DNA of 64,000 bases. It comes from Candidatus Latescibacterota bacterium. GTDB lineage: Bacteria > Latescibacterota > UBA2968 > UBA8231. The stretch lies in assembly GCA_965221775.1 (NCBI GenBank), contig CBDCSU010000004.1, positions 416,001 to 480,000 on the forward strand, written 5' to 3'. The notes under the pieces are model-generated. The model saw nothing but the letters and a program-made list of their open reading frames with translations. It was not told the origin of the DNA and searched no databases. The translations under genes were made by a program, and so were the position numbers. Shown piece after piece: positions 43,908-54,163 of the stretch. Each line of letters opens with the position of its first letter. Position 1 is the stretch's first letter.

Positions 43908-44486
43908 ATGACGCGCGCCACCCTCCTCCGCGCGGCCCTGGCGGCTTTGCTCCTGCTGCCGGGATGCGACCTGCGCCAACGCATGTACGACCAGCCCAAG
44001 TACGAGGCGCACGAAGCGACTCCCTTCTTCGACGACGGCCTGAGCGCCCGGCCGGCCGTGGAGGGCACCGTCGCCCGGGGCCAGCTCCGCTTCGACGAGC
44101 ACTACTGGGAAGGCCGGGTCGATGGAGAGCTGGCTGCGGCTCTGCCCGCCCGGGTGGCCTTCGACCGCGGTCTGCTCGACCGGGGCCGCGAGAGGTTCGA
44201 GATTTTCTGCTCTCCCTGCCACGGCCGCACCGGCCGCGGCGACGGCATGATCGTGCAACGAGGCCTGAAGCGGCCCCCCTCCTTCCACGAGGAGCGCCTG
44301 CGGGAGGCGGCCATCGGCTATTTCTACGACGTTCAGACCAACGGGTTCGGCGCCATGTTCAGCTACGCCTCGCGAGTCCCCGTTCCGGACCGCTGGGCCA
44401 TCGCCGCCTACGTCCGGGCCCTGCAGCTGAGCCAGCGCGCCGAGTTCGACCAGCTGCCCCCTGAAGATCAGAGACAGCTTCCGTGA
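43908..44486 (+). CDS. actE: Alternative complex III monoheme cytochrome c lipoprotein
   Basis: Lipobox LPGC, MYDQPK, GTVARG, CSPCHG. Confidence 0.94.
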   Translation: MTRATLLRAALAALLLLPGCDLRQRMYDQPKYEAHEATPFFDDGLSARPAVEGTVARGQLRFDEHYWEGRVDGELAAALPARVAFDRGLLDRGRERFEIFCSPCHGRTGRGDGMIVQRGLKRPPSFHEERLREAAIGYFYDVQTNGFGAMFSYASRVPVPDRWAIAAYVRALQLSQRAEFDQLPPEDQRQLP

Positions 44487-45715
44487 ACGGCGATCTGAAC
44501 CAGCAACTGCTCAGCCAGAGCGAAGCCCTGGAGCCCCGCTTCGCGGGCTGCCGTCGCGTCGCCCTGATCGCCGCCCTGGCCGGCATCGCCCTCACCGCCT
44601 TCGGGTACCTGACCCAGCCCGAGCAGTTCTTCCGCTCGTGGCTCCTCGGGTTCACCTATTGGGTCAGCCTCACCCTCGGCTGCCTGATGGTCCTCCTCAT
44701 CCACCACTTGGCGGGAGGACGCTGGGGATTCGCGGTGCGCCGCATCCTCGAGGCCGGGGCCCGCACCTGGCCGCTGATGCTGGTTCTCGGCCTGCCCGTT
44801 CTGGCCGGCCTGCACGACCTCTATCACTGGACACACACGGAGGTGCTGGCCGAGGACGAGATCCTCCAGCACAAGTCCCCCTTCCTGAACGTGCCCTTCT
44901 TCGTCGTGCGGTACTTCCTGTACTTCGCACTCTGGGGGGGGATGATCCAGCTCCTCCACCGCTGGTCGAAGCTGCAGGACGAGCAGGCCGAGACCTGGCC
45001 CACCCGGAGGATGCAGGTCCTCTCCGGTCCGGGGCTCGTGCTCTTCGTGCTCTCCGGGACCCTCGCCGGCGTCGACTGGATCATGTCTCTCGAGCCGCAC
45101 TGGTTCTCGACGATCTTCAGCGCCATATACATCATCGGGCAGGGCCTCGCGGCCTGGGCCTTCGTGGCCGTCGTCGGCGTCAGCCTCTCCCGCCACGAGC
45201 CGCTGAGCGCCCTGCTGAGCAACGAACGTCTGCGCGACCTGGGCACCTTCATGCTCGGCTTCGTGCTCCTCTGGGCCTACACCTCCTTCTCCCAACTGCT
45301 GATCATCTGGGCCGGCAACCTGCCCGAGGAGATCACCTGGTACTACACGCGCCTCAGCGGCGGCTGGCTCCATCTCGGCTACCTGCTCATCGGCTTCCAC
45401 TTCGCCGTGCCCTTCCTGCTGATGATCTCCAGCCGCATCAAGTCCCGTCTGCGGATCCTCGTCTCCGTCGCCTGCGGCCTGCTTCTCATGCGCCTTCTCG
45501 ATCTCTACTGGATCTCCGCCCCCGCCTTCCAGGGCGGGCAAGCCTCGGCGGCCCCCCACTGGCTCGACCTGGTCATCCCCTTCTCCATCGGATGCCTTTG
45601 GCTCTTCGTTTTCTTCGGGCACCTGAAGGGCCGGTCCCTTGTGCCGCTGAACGACCCGAGGTTCGACTTCACCGCCCTCGCCGCGGAGACGGCGGAGGAG
45701 GGTCACCATGGCTGA
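44483..45715 (+). CDS. actF: Alternative complex III membrane subunit F
   Basis: Multiple TMs, DWIMSLEPHWFSTIF, FSQLLIIWAGNLPEE. Confidence 0.93.
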   Translation: MNGDLNQQLLSQSEALEPRFAGCRRVALIAALAGIALTAFGYLTQPEQFFRSWLLGFTYWVSLTLGCLMVLLIHHLAGGRWGFAVRRILEAGARTWPLMLVLGLPVLAGLHDLYHWTHTEVLAEDEILQHKSPFLNVPFFVVRYFLYFALWGGMIQLLHRWSKLQDEQAETWPTRRMQVLSGPGLVLFVLSGTLAGVDWIMSLEPHWFSTIFSAIYIIGQGLAAWAFVAVVGVSLSRHEPLSALLSNERLRDLGTFMLGFVLLWAYTSFSQLLIIWAGNLPEEITWYYTRLSGGWLHLGYLLIGFHFAVPFLLMISSRIKSRLRILVSVACGLLLMRLLDLYWISAPAFQGGQASAAPHWLDLVIPFSIGCLWLFVFFGHLKGRSLVPLNDPRFDFTALAAETAEEGHHG

Positions 45716-46184
45716 TCATCACGGTGCCGCCGATGGACATGTCCACGCCGCTTCGGCCGCGGCGGGCCATGAGGTCACCGACGCCCCGGCCAGCCCCCTG
45801 GCCAAGGTGGGGATCGCGATCGCCGTGCTCATGGTCGTCTCCTTCGTAGGCGTTCTCCTGCTCTTCCGGTTTCTCGTGCACGTGCAGCCCCTGTACGACA
45901 AGGAGGAGCCGGCCCACCCTCTGCGCGACGTGCGGGTCTCCTCCACCGAGCCGCGGCTGCAGCCCGACCCACCGCGGGAGAAGGCCGAGCTGCGGCGCAT
46001 CGAGGACCAACTCCTCACCACCTACGACTGGGTGGACAAGGAGCAGGGGCTGGTGCGCATCCCCGTGGACCGCGCCATCGACCTCCTCTCCCGCCGCGGA
46101 CTGCCCGAGAAGACCGGTACCGGAGCCGCCGTGACAGAGGCCGATTCCACAGGGGCCGCTGCCCCGCCGGCGAGCGAGGAATGA
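45708..46184 (+). CDS. ACIII-associated single-TM subunit (ActG-like)
   Basis: One TM, PRLQ, YDWVDK.G.VRIPVDRAI; position between actF and sco. Confidence 0.75.
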   Translation: MADHHGAADGHVHAASAAAGHEVTDAPASPLAKVGIAIAVLMVVSFVGVLLLFRFLVHVQPLYDKEEPAHPLRDVRVSSTEPRLQPDPPREKAELRRIEDQLLTTYDWVDKEQGLVRIPVDRAIDLLSRRGLPEKTGTGAAVTEADSTGAAAPPASEE

Positions 46185-47026
46185 GGGTGAGACCGGGTAC
46201 CCACCTTTCCTCGGCGATCACGGCCTTGACGGCCCTGACGGTAGGGTCTGCCCATGGCCAAGCCCTCGACTCCACGGTGGGCGACCAGATCGGCATCGAC
46301 CAGCGGCTCGGCGAGCGGGTTCCGATGAACCTGGCCTTCCGCGACGAGACGGGAGCGGAGGTGCGCCTCGACGAGATCCTGGACAAGAGGCCGGCGATCC
46401 TGTCCCTCGTCTACTACGAGTGCCCCATGCTCTGCACCCAGGTGCTCAACGGCCTCCTGCGAAGCCTGCGGGTTCTCTCCTTGGATGTGGGCGGCGAGTT
46501 CGAGGTGATCACGGTGAGCATCGATCCCGGCGAGACGCCGGCCCTGGCGGCGGCCAAGAAGAAGGAGTACGTCGGGCGCTACGGCCGCGATGGCGCGGCA
46601 GGGGGCTGGCACTTCCTCACCGGAACCCGGGAGCGGATCGAGGAACTCGCCGAGGCCGTGGGATTCCGCTACGAGTACGATCCCGAGACCGATCTCTACG
46701 TCCACGCCAGCGGCATCATGGTCCTCACCCCGGCGGGAGAGCTGGCCCGTTACTTCTACGGCGTCGAGTACGCGCCGAAGGACCTGCGGCTGGGCCTGAT
46801 CGAGGCGGCGGAGGAGCGTATCGGCAACGCCGTCGATCAGGTTCTGCTGCTCTGCTACCAGTACGATCCCACGACCGGCAAGTACGGCCTGGTGATCCTC
46901 AACAGCCTGCGCGTCGCCGGGGCGGCTACCGTGGCCGTCCTGGCCGCCCTCGTCATCGGCTGGATCCGCCGGGAACGCCGGCAGGCCGGCCGCCCGGCGG
47001 CCAACCCCATTCCGCAACGGAACTGA
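46181..47026 (+). CDS. SCO family copper chaperone
   Basis: YYECPMLC (CxxxC), WHFLTG, YVHASG, C-terminal TM. Confidence 0.92.
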   Translation: MRVRPGTHLSSAITALTALTVGSAHGQALDSTVGDQIGIDQRLGERVPMNLAFRDETGAEVRLDEILDKRPAILSLVYYECPMLCTQVLNGLLRSLRVLSLDVGGEFEVITVSIDPGETPALAAAKKKEYVGRYGRDGAAGGWHFLTGTRERIEELAEAVGFRYEYDPETDLYVHASGIMVLTPAGELARYFYGVEYAPKDLRLGLIEAAEERIGNAVDQVLLLCYQYDPTTGKYGLVILNSLRVAGAATVAVLAALVIGWIRRERRQAGRPAANPIPQRN

Positions 47027-47041
47027 CCGAGCCCGCATACG

Positions 47042-47977
47042 ATGTCGAAGGAATTCCCCCTCCATCCCGACCTGGCCTCCACTTTCGCCCTGCAGGTGGA
47101 TCTGCTGTACTTCCTTCTGGTGGGGCTCAGCGTCCTCTTCGCGGCGGGCGTGGTCATCGTCCTGGTGATCTTCGCCATCAAGTACCGCAGGCGCTCCGAC
47201 GACGACCGCCCCCATCCCGTCCACGGCTCGATCCCCCTCGAGGTGGCCTGGAGCATCATCCCCCTGTTCATGGCCATCGGCGTCTTCACCCTGGGAGCCG
47301 AGGTCTACTACCGCATGTACCGCTCGCCCACCAACGCCATCGACATCTACGTCGTGGGCAAGCAGTGGATGTGGAAGATCCAGCACCCCGAGGGCCGACG
47401 CGAGATCAACGAGCTCCACATTCCCGTCAATCAGCCGGTGCAGTTGACCATGACCTCGGAGGACGTGATCCACGCCTTCTCGGTGCCCGCCTTCCGCACC
47501 AAGAAGGACGTCGTGCCCGGCCGCTACAACACGATCTGGTTCGAGGCCACCAAGACGGGCGAGTACCACCTGTTCTGCGCCGAGTACTGCGGCACCCAGC
47601 ACTCCACCATGATCGGCACGGTGTACGTGATGGAGCCGGAGGACTACCAGGAGTGGCTCGGCGGCGGAGTCAGCGGCGAGACCATGGCCGAGGCGGGGGA
47701 GCGCCAGTTCGAACAGCTGGGATGCGCCACCTGCCACAAGGCCGAGTCCATCGGCCGCGGCCCCACCCTGGTCGGTCTCTTCGGCGAGCAGGTGGAGCTC
47801 GCCTCGGGCGATATGGCCCTGGTCGACGAGAGCTACCTGCGCGAGTCGATCCTCGCGCCGGCGACGAAACTGGTGAAGGGCTATGACCCGATCATGCCCA
47901 CCTTCCAGGGGCAGATCAGCGAGGAGACCCTGCTCCAGCTCATCACCTACATCAAGTCCCTCGGCGCCAGCGAGTGA
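47042..47977 (+). CDS. ctaC: Cytochrome c oxidase subunit II with fused cytochrome c (caa3-type)
   Basis: Two TMs, KQWMW, DVIH, CAEYCGTQHSTM (CuA), CATCH heme. Confidence 0.96.
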   Translation: MSKEFPLHPDLASTFALQVDLLYFLLVGLSVLFAAGVVIVLVIFAIKYRRRSDDDRPHPVHGSIPLEVAWSIIPLFMAIGVFTLGAEVYYRMYRSPTNAIDIYVVGKQWMWKIQHPEGRREINELHIPVNQPVQLTMTSEDVIHAFSVPAFRTKKDVVPGRYNTIWFEATKTGEYHLFCAEYCGTQHSTMIGTVYVMEPEDYQEWLGGGVSGETMAEAGERQFEQLGCATCHKAESIGRGPTLVGLFGEQVELASGDMALVDESYLRESILAPATKLVKGYDPIMPTFQGQISEETLLQLITYIKSLGASE

Positions 47978-47986
47978 GGCGGAGCC

Positions 47987-49681
47987 ATGACCACGACGAC
48001 AGCTGAACCGACGACCCACGGCAACGGGCACCACGGCGGCGAGGAGGAGAACTACCTCAACGCCCGGTACGGGATCGCCTCCTGGCTGCTGACCCTCGAC
48101 CACAAGCGCATCGGCATCCTCTACCTCCTGGTGACGACCCTGTTCTTCATCATCGGAGGCCTCTTCGCGGCGCTGATCCGCCTCGAGTTGCTGACCCCCC
48201 AGGGCGACGTCCTCGAGGCCGACACGTACAACAAGATGTTCACCATGCACGGCGTGGCGATGATCTTCTTCTTCCTCATCCCCTCCGTGCCCGCCGTCCT
48301 CGGCAACTTCGTCATCCCCATCATGATCGGCGCCAAGGACGTCGCTTTCCCGAAGCTCAACCTGCTCAGCTGGTACTGCTACATCGTGGGCGGGTCCCTG
48401 GCCACCCTGGCCATCATCATGGGCGGCATCGACACGGGCTGGACCTTCTACACGCCCTACAGCTCGACCTACGCGAGCGGCTACGTGGCCCTCGCCCTCA
48501 CCGGGGTGTTCATCAACGGCTTCTCCTCGATTCTCACGGGCGTCAACTTCCTCACCACCATTCACAAGATGCGCGCCCCCGGGATGACCTGGTTCCGGCT
48601 GCCCTTGTTCATCTGGGCCCAGTACGCCACGAGCCTGATCATGATCCTGGGCACGCCGGTCATCGCCATCACCCTGCTGCTGCTGGCGCTGGAACGCGTG
48701 CTCCACATCGGCATCTTCGACCCCAGCCTCGGCGGCGACCCCATACTCTTCCAGCACCTGTTCTGGTTCTACTCGCATCCCGCCGTGTACATCATGATCG
48801 TTCCCGGCTTCGGCGTGATCAGCGAGGTCATCGCCTGCTTCTCCCGCAAGCGCGTCTTCGGATACAGTTTCGTCGCCTTCTCGAGCCTGGCCATCGCCGT
48901 CCTCGGCTTCCTGGTCTGGGGACACCACATGTTCACCACGGGCCAGTCGATCTACGCGGGCATGGTGTTCTCCTTCATCACCTTCCTCATCGCCGTGCCC
49001 ACGGCGGTGAAGATCTTCAACTGGACCGCCACCCTCTACCGCGGGTCGGTTTCCCTCGAGTCCCCCATGCTCTACAGCCTCGGCTTCATAGGGCTTTTTC
49101 TCGTGGGCGGCCTCACCGGGCTCTTCCTGTCCACCCTGGCCACCGACATCCACCTGCACGACACGTACTTCGTCGTCGCCCACTTCCACTACGTCATGGT
49201 GGGCGGCATGGTGATGGCCTACCTCTCGGGACTGCACTTCTGGTGGCCGAAGATCACGGGCCGCATGTACTCCGAGGCCTGGGGCAAGGCGGGGGCGATC
49301 CTGATCTTCCTGGGATTCAACTTCACCTTCTTCCCCCAGTTCGTCCTCGGCTACCTGGGCATGCCCCGCCGCTACCACGTCTACCCCGAGGAGTTCCAGC
49401 TCCTCCACGTCTCGTCGACGATGGGGGCCACGATCCTCGGACTTGGCTACATGGCCCTCTTCATCTGCCTCCTCTGGTCTCTCGTGCGGGGAGCCCCTGC
49501 GGGGCCGAACCCGTGGCGCGCCAAGGGCCTGGAGTGGGAGATCCCCTCGCCTCCGTCGCTCCACAACTTCCATTCCACGCCGGTAGTCACCAAGGAGGCC
49601 TACGCCTACGAGGAGGAGGACGTGACCCTGGCCGATGCCAGCCATGCGCCCGAGAGCGAGCCGGTGGCCGGATCCAGGTGA
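47987..49681 (+). CDS. ctaD: Cytochrome c oxidase subunit I, A2-type
   Basis: [37 protein letters not shown]. Confidence 0.98.
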   Translation: MTTTTAEPTTHGNGHHGGEEENYLNARYGIASWLLTLDHKRIGILYLLVTTLFFIIGGLFAALIRLELLTPQGDVLEADTYNKMFTMHGVAMIFFFLIPSVPAVLGNFVIPIMIGAKDVAFPKLNLLSWYCYIVGGSLATLAIIMGGIDTGWTFYTPYSSTYASGYVALALTGVFINGFSSILTGVNFLTTIHKMRAPGMTWFRLPLFIWAQYATSLIMILGTPVIAITLLLLALERVLHIGIFDPSLGGDPILFQHLFWFYSHPAVYIMIVPGFGVISEVIACFSRKRVFGYSFVAFSSLAIAVLGFLVWGHHMFTTGQSIYAGMVFSFITFLIAVPTAVKIFNWTATLYRGSVSLESPMLYSLGFIGLFLVGGLTGLFLSTLATDIHLHDTYFVVAHFHYVMVGGMVMAYLSGLHFWWPKITGRMYSEAWGKAGAILIFLGFNFTFFPQFVLGYLGMPRRYHVYPEEFQLLHVSSTMGATILGLGYMALFICLLWSLVRGAPAGPNPWRAKGLEWEIPSPPSLHNFHSTPVVTKEAYAYEEEDVTLADASHAPESEPVAGSR

Positions 49682-49688
49682 CCAGAGG

Positions 49689-50384
49689 ATGAACACGACC
49701 GCGCAAAACCCGGCTCTCCAGCACCAGTTCGACGACCTGAACCAGCAGTACGAGGCCGCGAACATGGGCATGTGGGCCTTCCTCGCCCAGGAGATCATGT
49801 TCTTCGGGGGGATGTTCGCCGGGTACACCGTCTACCGCTACGAGTACCTGGCGGCCTTCGTCGACGGCAGCAACCGCCTGCCCATCGAGTGGGGCGCCCT
49901 CAACACGGCGGTCCTCATCGCCAGCTCCTTCACCGTGGCCATGGCCGTGCGCGCCGCCCAGACGGGGCGCAGCCGAAGCCTGCAGAACTGGATCCTGGCG
50001 ACCCTTGTCCTCGGCTCGATCTTCCTGGGAGTCAAGTACATCGAGTACTCCCACAAGTACCACGACGGACTGATCCCGGGCGCCAGCTTCGGAGTCTACC
50101 CGGATTCGGGTGAGGTCCACGAGCTGGGGGCCCTGAAACCCCAGCTGAAGATCTTCTTCTCCTTCTACTTCGCCATGACCGGCATGCACGCCCTGCACAT
50201 GGTGATCGGCATCGGCATCATGCTGTGGCTGTTACCCAAGATCCGGCGCGGCACCTACTCGAGCGAGTACTACAGTCCCATCGAGAACTTCGGTCTCTAC
50301 TGGCACTTCGTGGACATCGTCTGGATCTTCCTCTTCCCACTGCTCTACCTCATCGGACGCGATCCCTGGATTCGCCTGCTATGA
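49689..50384 (+). CDS. ctaE: Cytochrome c oxidase subunit III
   Basis: [37 protein letters not shown]. Confidence 0.96.
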   Translation: MNTTAQNPALQHQFDDLNQQYEAANMGMWAFLAQEIMFFGGMFAGYTVYRYEYLAAFVDGSNRLPIEWGALNTAVLIASSFTVAMAVRAAQTGRSRSLQNWILATLVLGSIFLGVKYIEYSHKYHDGLIPGASFGVYPDSGEVHELGALKPQLKIFFSFYFAMTGMHALHMVIGIGIMLWLLPKIRRGTYSSEYYSPIENFGLYWHFVDIVWIFLFPLLYLIGRDPWIRLL

Positions 50385-50734
50385 GCGACCTCCAAGCCGG
50401 CCACCATCCTTCCGGAGGCGAGCACCACGTCCTGCCCGTCAGGACGTACGTGACCATCGTCTCCCTCCTCTTCGTCTTCACCGTCATCACGGTGCTGGCG
50501 GCCTTCGTCGAGATGGGCCCCTTGAATACCCCGGTGGCTCTTGCCATCGCCGTCTTCAAGGCCACCCTCGTGGTGTTGTTCTTCATGCACGTGCGCTACA
50601 ACACGCCCCTCATGTGGGTCTTCGCCGCCGCCGGGTTCTTCTGGATGCTCATCATGTTCGCCCTCACCATGCAGGACTACGTCTCCCGCGATTGGGAAAC
50701 GCCGCCGCCGGTGCACTTCCTGGATCTCCTGTAA
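50381..50734 (+). CDS. ctaF: Cytochrome c oxidase subunit IV (caa3-type)
   Basis: Three TMs, [12 protein letters not shown]; ATGA overlap with subunit III. Confidence 0.92.
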   Translation: MSDLQAGHHPSGGEHHVLPVRTYVTIVSLLFVFTVITVLAAFVEMGPLNTPVALAIAVFKATLVVLFFMHVRYNTPLMWVFAAAGFFWMLIMFALTMQDYVSRDWETPPPVHFLDLL

Positions 50735-50749
50735 CGGGGGCTCGACGGC

Positions 50750-50791
50750 AAAAAAGAACGCCCTGCCCGGACGGCCGGACAGGGCGTTTTT
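50750..50791. terminator. Bidirectional rho-independent terminator
   Basis: A-tract, AACGCCCTG.CCGG loop CCGG.CAGGGCGTT, T-tract, between convergent genes. Confidence 0.88.
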
Positions 50792-50817
50792 CCGTGTGTG
50801 GAGCGACTGCGGGTTCC

Positions 50818-51219
50818 TCAGCTCTCCTCTCCTGACGGCTCGAGATCGAAGACCCCCGTCGACCGGATCAGCACGAGGATCGCCGTTTGGGGGACGACGA
50901 CGAATTTCTCGTTGTCGAACTTGATCTCCACCGCCTCCTTGCGCGCGTAGATGGCGTGATCCCCTTTCTGCGCCTGCAGGGGAATGAAGCGCATCTCCGC
51001 CTCCGAGCCCGACTCCGCCCAAAGCACGTCGTCCTCGTCGCCTTTCGGCGGCAGGGGGATTCCCGGGCCCACCTCCTCGATGCGCCCGCTCTGCACGTTC
51101 TCCTTCTCAAGCGCCGTCGGGGGCAGATAGAGCCCCACCTCGGTGCGCTGCTCCTGCTCATCGACGCGTACCAGCACGCGGTCGCCTACGACGAGCAACT
51201 CCTTGTCACCTCGCAACAT
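50818..51219 (-). CDS. GroES-family co-chaperonin, long orphan form
   Basis: VGDRVLV, TEVGLYLP, GRIEEVGPG, AILV; 133 aa. Confidence 0.88.
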   Translation of the reverse strand: MLRGDKELLVVGDRVLVRVDEQEQRTEVGLYLPPTALEKENVQSGRIEEVGPGIPLPPKGDEDDVLWAESGSEAEMRFIPLQAQKGDHAIYARKEAVEIKFDNEKFVVVPQTAILVLIRSTGVFDLEPSGEES

Positions 51220-51272
51220 GGTTCGGATGTCCTCGCTTCTCTCTCTCGGGGGCGCTGCCTTGCGGCCGTGAA

Positions 51273-51301
51273 ATTGTACGGGTGTCCCCGCGGCCCCTCA
51301 A
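51273..51301 (-). promoter_or_regulatory. Putative sigma70 promoter of the GroES-like gene
   Basis: TTGAGG (51301-51296), 17 bp, TACAAT (51278-51273). Confidence 0.6.
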
Positions 51302-52041
51302 TGGCCGGGGCCGCGATCCGCCGCCGCCGCGGCGCCGATGATTCCCGCCTCGTTGCGAAGCCGGGCGGGTACGATCTCGCAGTCGACGGTCAGGTGGGGC
51401 AGGAACTTCTCGTGTCTCTTGCTCACGCCGCCGCCGATGATGATCAGTTCGGGCCACAGGTAGAATGACACCCTCTGCAGATAGGCGTCGACGCGGGAGG
51501 CCCACCGTTTCCAACTCAGTCTGCGGCGGGTGCGGACCCGCGCCGAGGTCCGCTCCTCGGCGGCCTTGCCGTCCATCTCGATGTGGCCGAACTCGGTGTT
51601 GGGGACCAGCCGGCCGTCGGTGAAGAGGGCCGAGCCGATGCCGGTGCCGATGGTGAGAACGAGGACGACGCCCGAGCGCCCCCGTCCCGCCCCGAAACGC
51701 ATCTCCGCCATGCCCGCCGCGTCGGCATCGTTGAGGACCGAGAAGGGGCATCCCGTGGCTTCCCCGAAGATGGCCTCCGCATTCCTGCCGATCCACGAGT
51801 CGTCGATATTCGCCGCCGTGCACACCTGTCCCTGGCGGACGACGGCGGGGAACCCCGCCCCCACCGGGCCCTTCCAGTCGAAGTGCTCCACGATCCGGAC
51901 CACCCCCTCCGCCACGGTCCCGGGCGTGGCCGGCTGGGGGGTCCTCACCCGGAAACGCTCGCCGAGGAGTCCTCCCCCCGAGCCGTCGACCAGGGCGCCC
52001 TTGATGCCGGTGCCTCCGATGTCGATACCGAGTACGGCCAC
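51298..52041 (-). CDS. ppgK: Polyphosphate glucokinase (ROK family)
   Basis: [47 protein letters not shown]. Confidence 0.92.
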   Translation of the reverse strand: MAVLGIDIGGTGIKGALVDGSGGGLLGERFRVRTPQPATPGTVAEGVVRIVEHFDWKGPVGAGFPAVVRQGQVCTAANIDDSWIGRNAEAIFGEATGCPFSVLNDADAAGMAEMRFGAGRGRSGVVLVLTIGTGIGSALFTDGRLVPNTEFGHIEMDGKAAEERTSARVRTRRRLSWKRWASRVDAYLQRVSFYLWPELIIIGGGVSKRHEKFLPHLTVDCEIVPARLRNEAGIIGAAAAADRGPGH

Positions 52042-52051
52042 GGCGAAAAGA

Positions 52052-53149
52052 CTACATCGGCATGTAGTCGAGGTCGAGGACCCGCTCCACGAGCCAGCCG
52101 ATGCCGAAGAGGAGGATGACGGCGGAGACACCTTGCACGATGCGGAGGTGGGTGGGCCGTCGGGCGGACCACAGGATGAGGGGACAGAGCAGGGCGACGA
52201 TGGCCACCTGCCCGACCTCGACGCCGACGTTGAAGGCCAGGAGGGAGGTAACCAGCCCGCGCGAGGGCAGACCGAGATCGCGCAGCACGTTGGCGAATCC
52301 GAATCCGTGCACGAAGCCGAAGCAGAAAGTCAGGATCCAGCGGTGATCGACGCGGCGCAGCCAGAAGTTCTCGGCCGCCACGTAGGCGATGCTCAGGGCG
52401 ATCCCCGACTCGACGAGGCGCGAGGGCAGACTCACCCACTCCAGGGCCGCCAGGACCAGGGTGATGCTGTGGGCCACGGTGAAGGCGGTGACGATCTTCA
52501 CCAGGACCCCCAGCCGGGAGCCCACGACGATCAGGGCGAGGAGGAACAGGACGTGGTCGTACCCGAGGAAGATGTGCTCCACGCCGAGGACGAGGAAGCG
52601 CGCCGCCTGCGACCAGAGGCTCTCGCGCTCCCAGGCGGACAGGCCGATCCGGTGGACCGGCTCGCCCGCGGAGAGGACGGCGGCCTCCACCGGCTGGCCG
52701 GGGACCTGGATGCGGAGGAGGATGCGGTGGTCCTCGGAGAGAGGGGCCAGGTAGCGGGAGAGGTCCAGATCCAGGCGGTCGGCCCCGGCGGGGGTCTCCG
52801 CCCGGGCCCTGAACCGGGCGACGAGATCGCCCTCGCTGTCGAGATCAGGCTCCACCGTCGCCTGGCCAAGCTCCAGGCCGGCGCCGGCGGCCCTCAGGGA
52901 GATCCTCTTCCGGAGGGTGTCGGCGGCCTCGGAGGCCCCGTCGAGCATCTCCTGCGCCCAGAGGGCTTGATCGCCGTTGCGGTCCAGGCTGGGTACCAGG
53001 CTCCGCAGGTCGAGGTCGTTGAGGGTGACCGAGAGCCGGAGGCTGTCGTCGCCGACGCTCACCAGCGTATAGCTCCGGTTCATCTCGTGAGCGCCGGCGG
53101 CGCCGGCACCGAGACAAAAGGCGAGAATCACTCCACAGCGCAGCATCAT
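52052..53149 (-). CDS. HupE/UreJ family membrane protein with periplasmic N-terminal domain
   Basis: Signal peptide ending AGA-H; GVEHIFLGYDHVLF, FTVAHSITL, FGFVHGFGFA, FNVGVEVGQ. Confidence 0.92.
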   Translation of the reverse strand: MMLRCGVILAFCLGAGAAGAHEMNRSYTLVSVGDDSLRLSVTLNDLDLRSLVPSLDRNGDQALWAQEMLDGASEAADTLRKRISLRAAGAGLELGQATVEPDLDSEGDLVARFRARAETPAGADRLDLDLSRYLAPLSEDHRILLRIQVPGQPVEAAVLSAGEPVHRIGLSAWERESLWSQAARFLVLGVEHIFLGYDHVLFLLALIVVGSRLGVLVKIVTAFTVAHSITLVLAALEWVSLPSRLVESGIALSIAYVAAENFWLRRVDHRWILTFCFGFVHGFGFANVLRDLGLPSRGLVTSLLAFNVGVEVGQVAIVALLCPLILWSARRPTHLRIVQGVSAVILLFGIGWLVERVLDLDYMPM

Positions 53150-53156
53150 CTCCCTT

Positions 53157-53750
53157 TCAGAGGAGCCGGCGGATCACGCCGGCCATCTTGTCGACGCCGT
53201 CCTGCTCCGAGAACAGGAACCGCACCACCCCCTCGCCATCGATCAGGTAGGTACGGGAGGTGTGGCCGATCCCGCCGTCGTCGTCCGGTCCGAAGCCGGC
53301 GCCGTACTGCCGGGCCACCGCCGCCACCGCCTCCGGGGTCCCGGTCAGACCGGTGAGGCGGTACGGGTAGCCGGCGCAGTACGCGGCCAGCGCCTCGGGT
53401 GTATCGTGCCCGGGGTCGACGCTGACGAGGAGCACCTCCACCGCCGGCGCCGGCAGACGGCGGACCACCTCTCCCAGCTTGGACAGGGTCGTCGGGCAGC
53501 TGGCGGCGCAGCGGGTGAAACCGAAGAACAGCAGCAGCGGACGTCCGCGCCGGTGCGAGAGGGAGAAGGCCTCCCCCCTCTGATCGACGAGCTCGAAATC
53601 GCCGCCCAGCTCGTAGCGGTCCAGCGGGGGCGGCTCACCTCCCGCGGCCCCTTCCCCGGAGCCTCCGCATCCCGCGGCGGCCAGGAGGACCGAAGCCCAC
53701 GCCGCCCACCGCAGGCGGCCACGCCCTCCCTGCCGGCAGGAGCGGCTCAC
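53157..53750 (-). CDS. SCO family lipoprotein
   Basis: Lipobox AAGC; FGFTRCAASCP, VSVDP..DTPE, GHTSRTYLID. Confidence 0.92.
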   Translation of the reverse strand: MSRSCRQGGRGRLRWAAWASVLLAAAGCGGSGEGAAGGEPPPLDRYELGGDFELVDQRGEAFSLSHRRGRPLLLFFGFTRCAASCPTTLSKLGEVVRRLPAPAVEVLLVSVDPGHDTPEALAAYCAGYPYRLTGLTGTPEAVAAVARQYGAGFGPDDDGGIGHTSRTYLIDGEGVVRFLFSEQDGVDKMAGVIRRLL

Positions 53751-54163
53751 TCCGCCGGCTCCAGGAGGGAGTGGATGTAGATGGCCAGGCTCCGGCTGTC
53801 CTCCCGGGACAGGTGGCCGTAGGCCGGCATGTTCCGCCCCACGCCATCGCGTATGGACGCCTCGATCCGCTCCAACTCGTGCCCCTGGCGGTAGAGGCGG
53901 GAATCGCGCAGGTCCCTGGGCGGCGGCTCCTGGCTCGCCGCCAGACGGCCGTCACCGCGGCCCTGCGGTCCGTGGCACAGGGCGCATCCGTGGCGCTCGT
54001 ACAGCTGCCGCCCGCGGCGCACCTCCTCGCGCCGGGGGGCCTCTCGGGGCGGGCGGCTGCCGGCCTCCTCGGCCCCCTTCCCTTCACAACCCAGGGCCAG
54101 ACCCGACCCCACCAGGACGGCCGCCAGCCATGGGCCCCGGGGAGCCTCAGATGCGCGTGCCAT
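53747..54163 (-). CDS. Monoheme cytochrome c lipoprotein
   Basis: Lipobox ALGC; GRQLYERHGCALCHG..GRGDG, MPAY distal Met; start uncertain. Confidence 0.85.
   Translation of the reverse strand: MARASEAPRGPWLAAVLVGSGLALGCEGKGAEEAGSRPPREAPRREEVRRGRQLYERHGCALCHGPQGRGDGRLAASQEPPPRDLRDSRLYRQGHELERIEASIRDGVGRNMPAYGHLSREDSRSLAIYIHSLLEPAE

Noticed and set aside
46022-49828. 1268-aa antisense ORF, and other long shadow ORFs such as 1115-3196, 6304-8727, 38921-41218 and 54202-56538
   Set aside because: They lie opposite or out of frame with well-supported genes, have no motifs, and are expected from stop-codon scarcity at high GC
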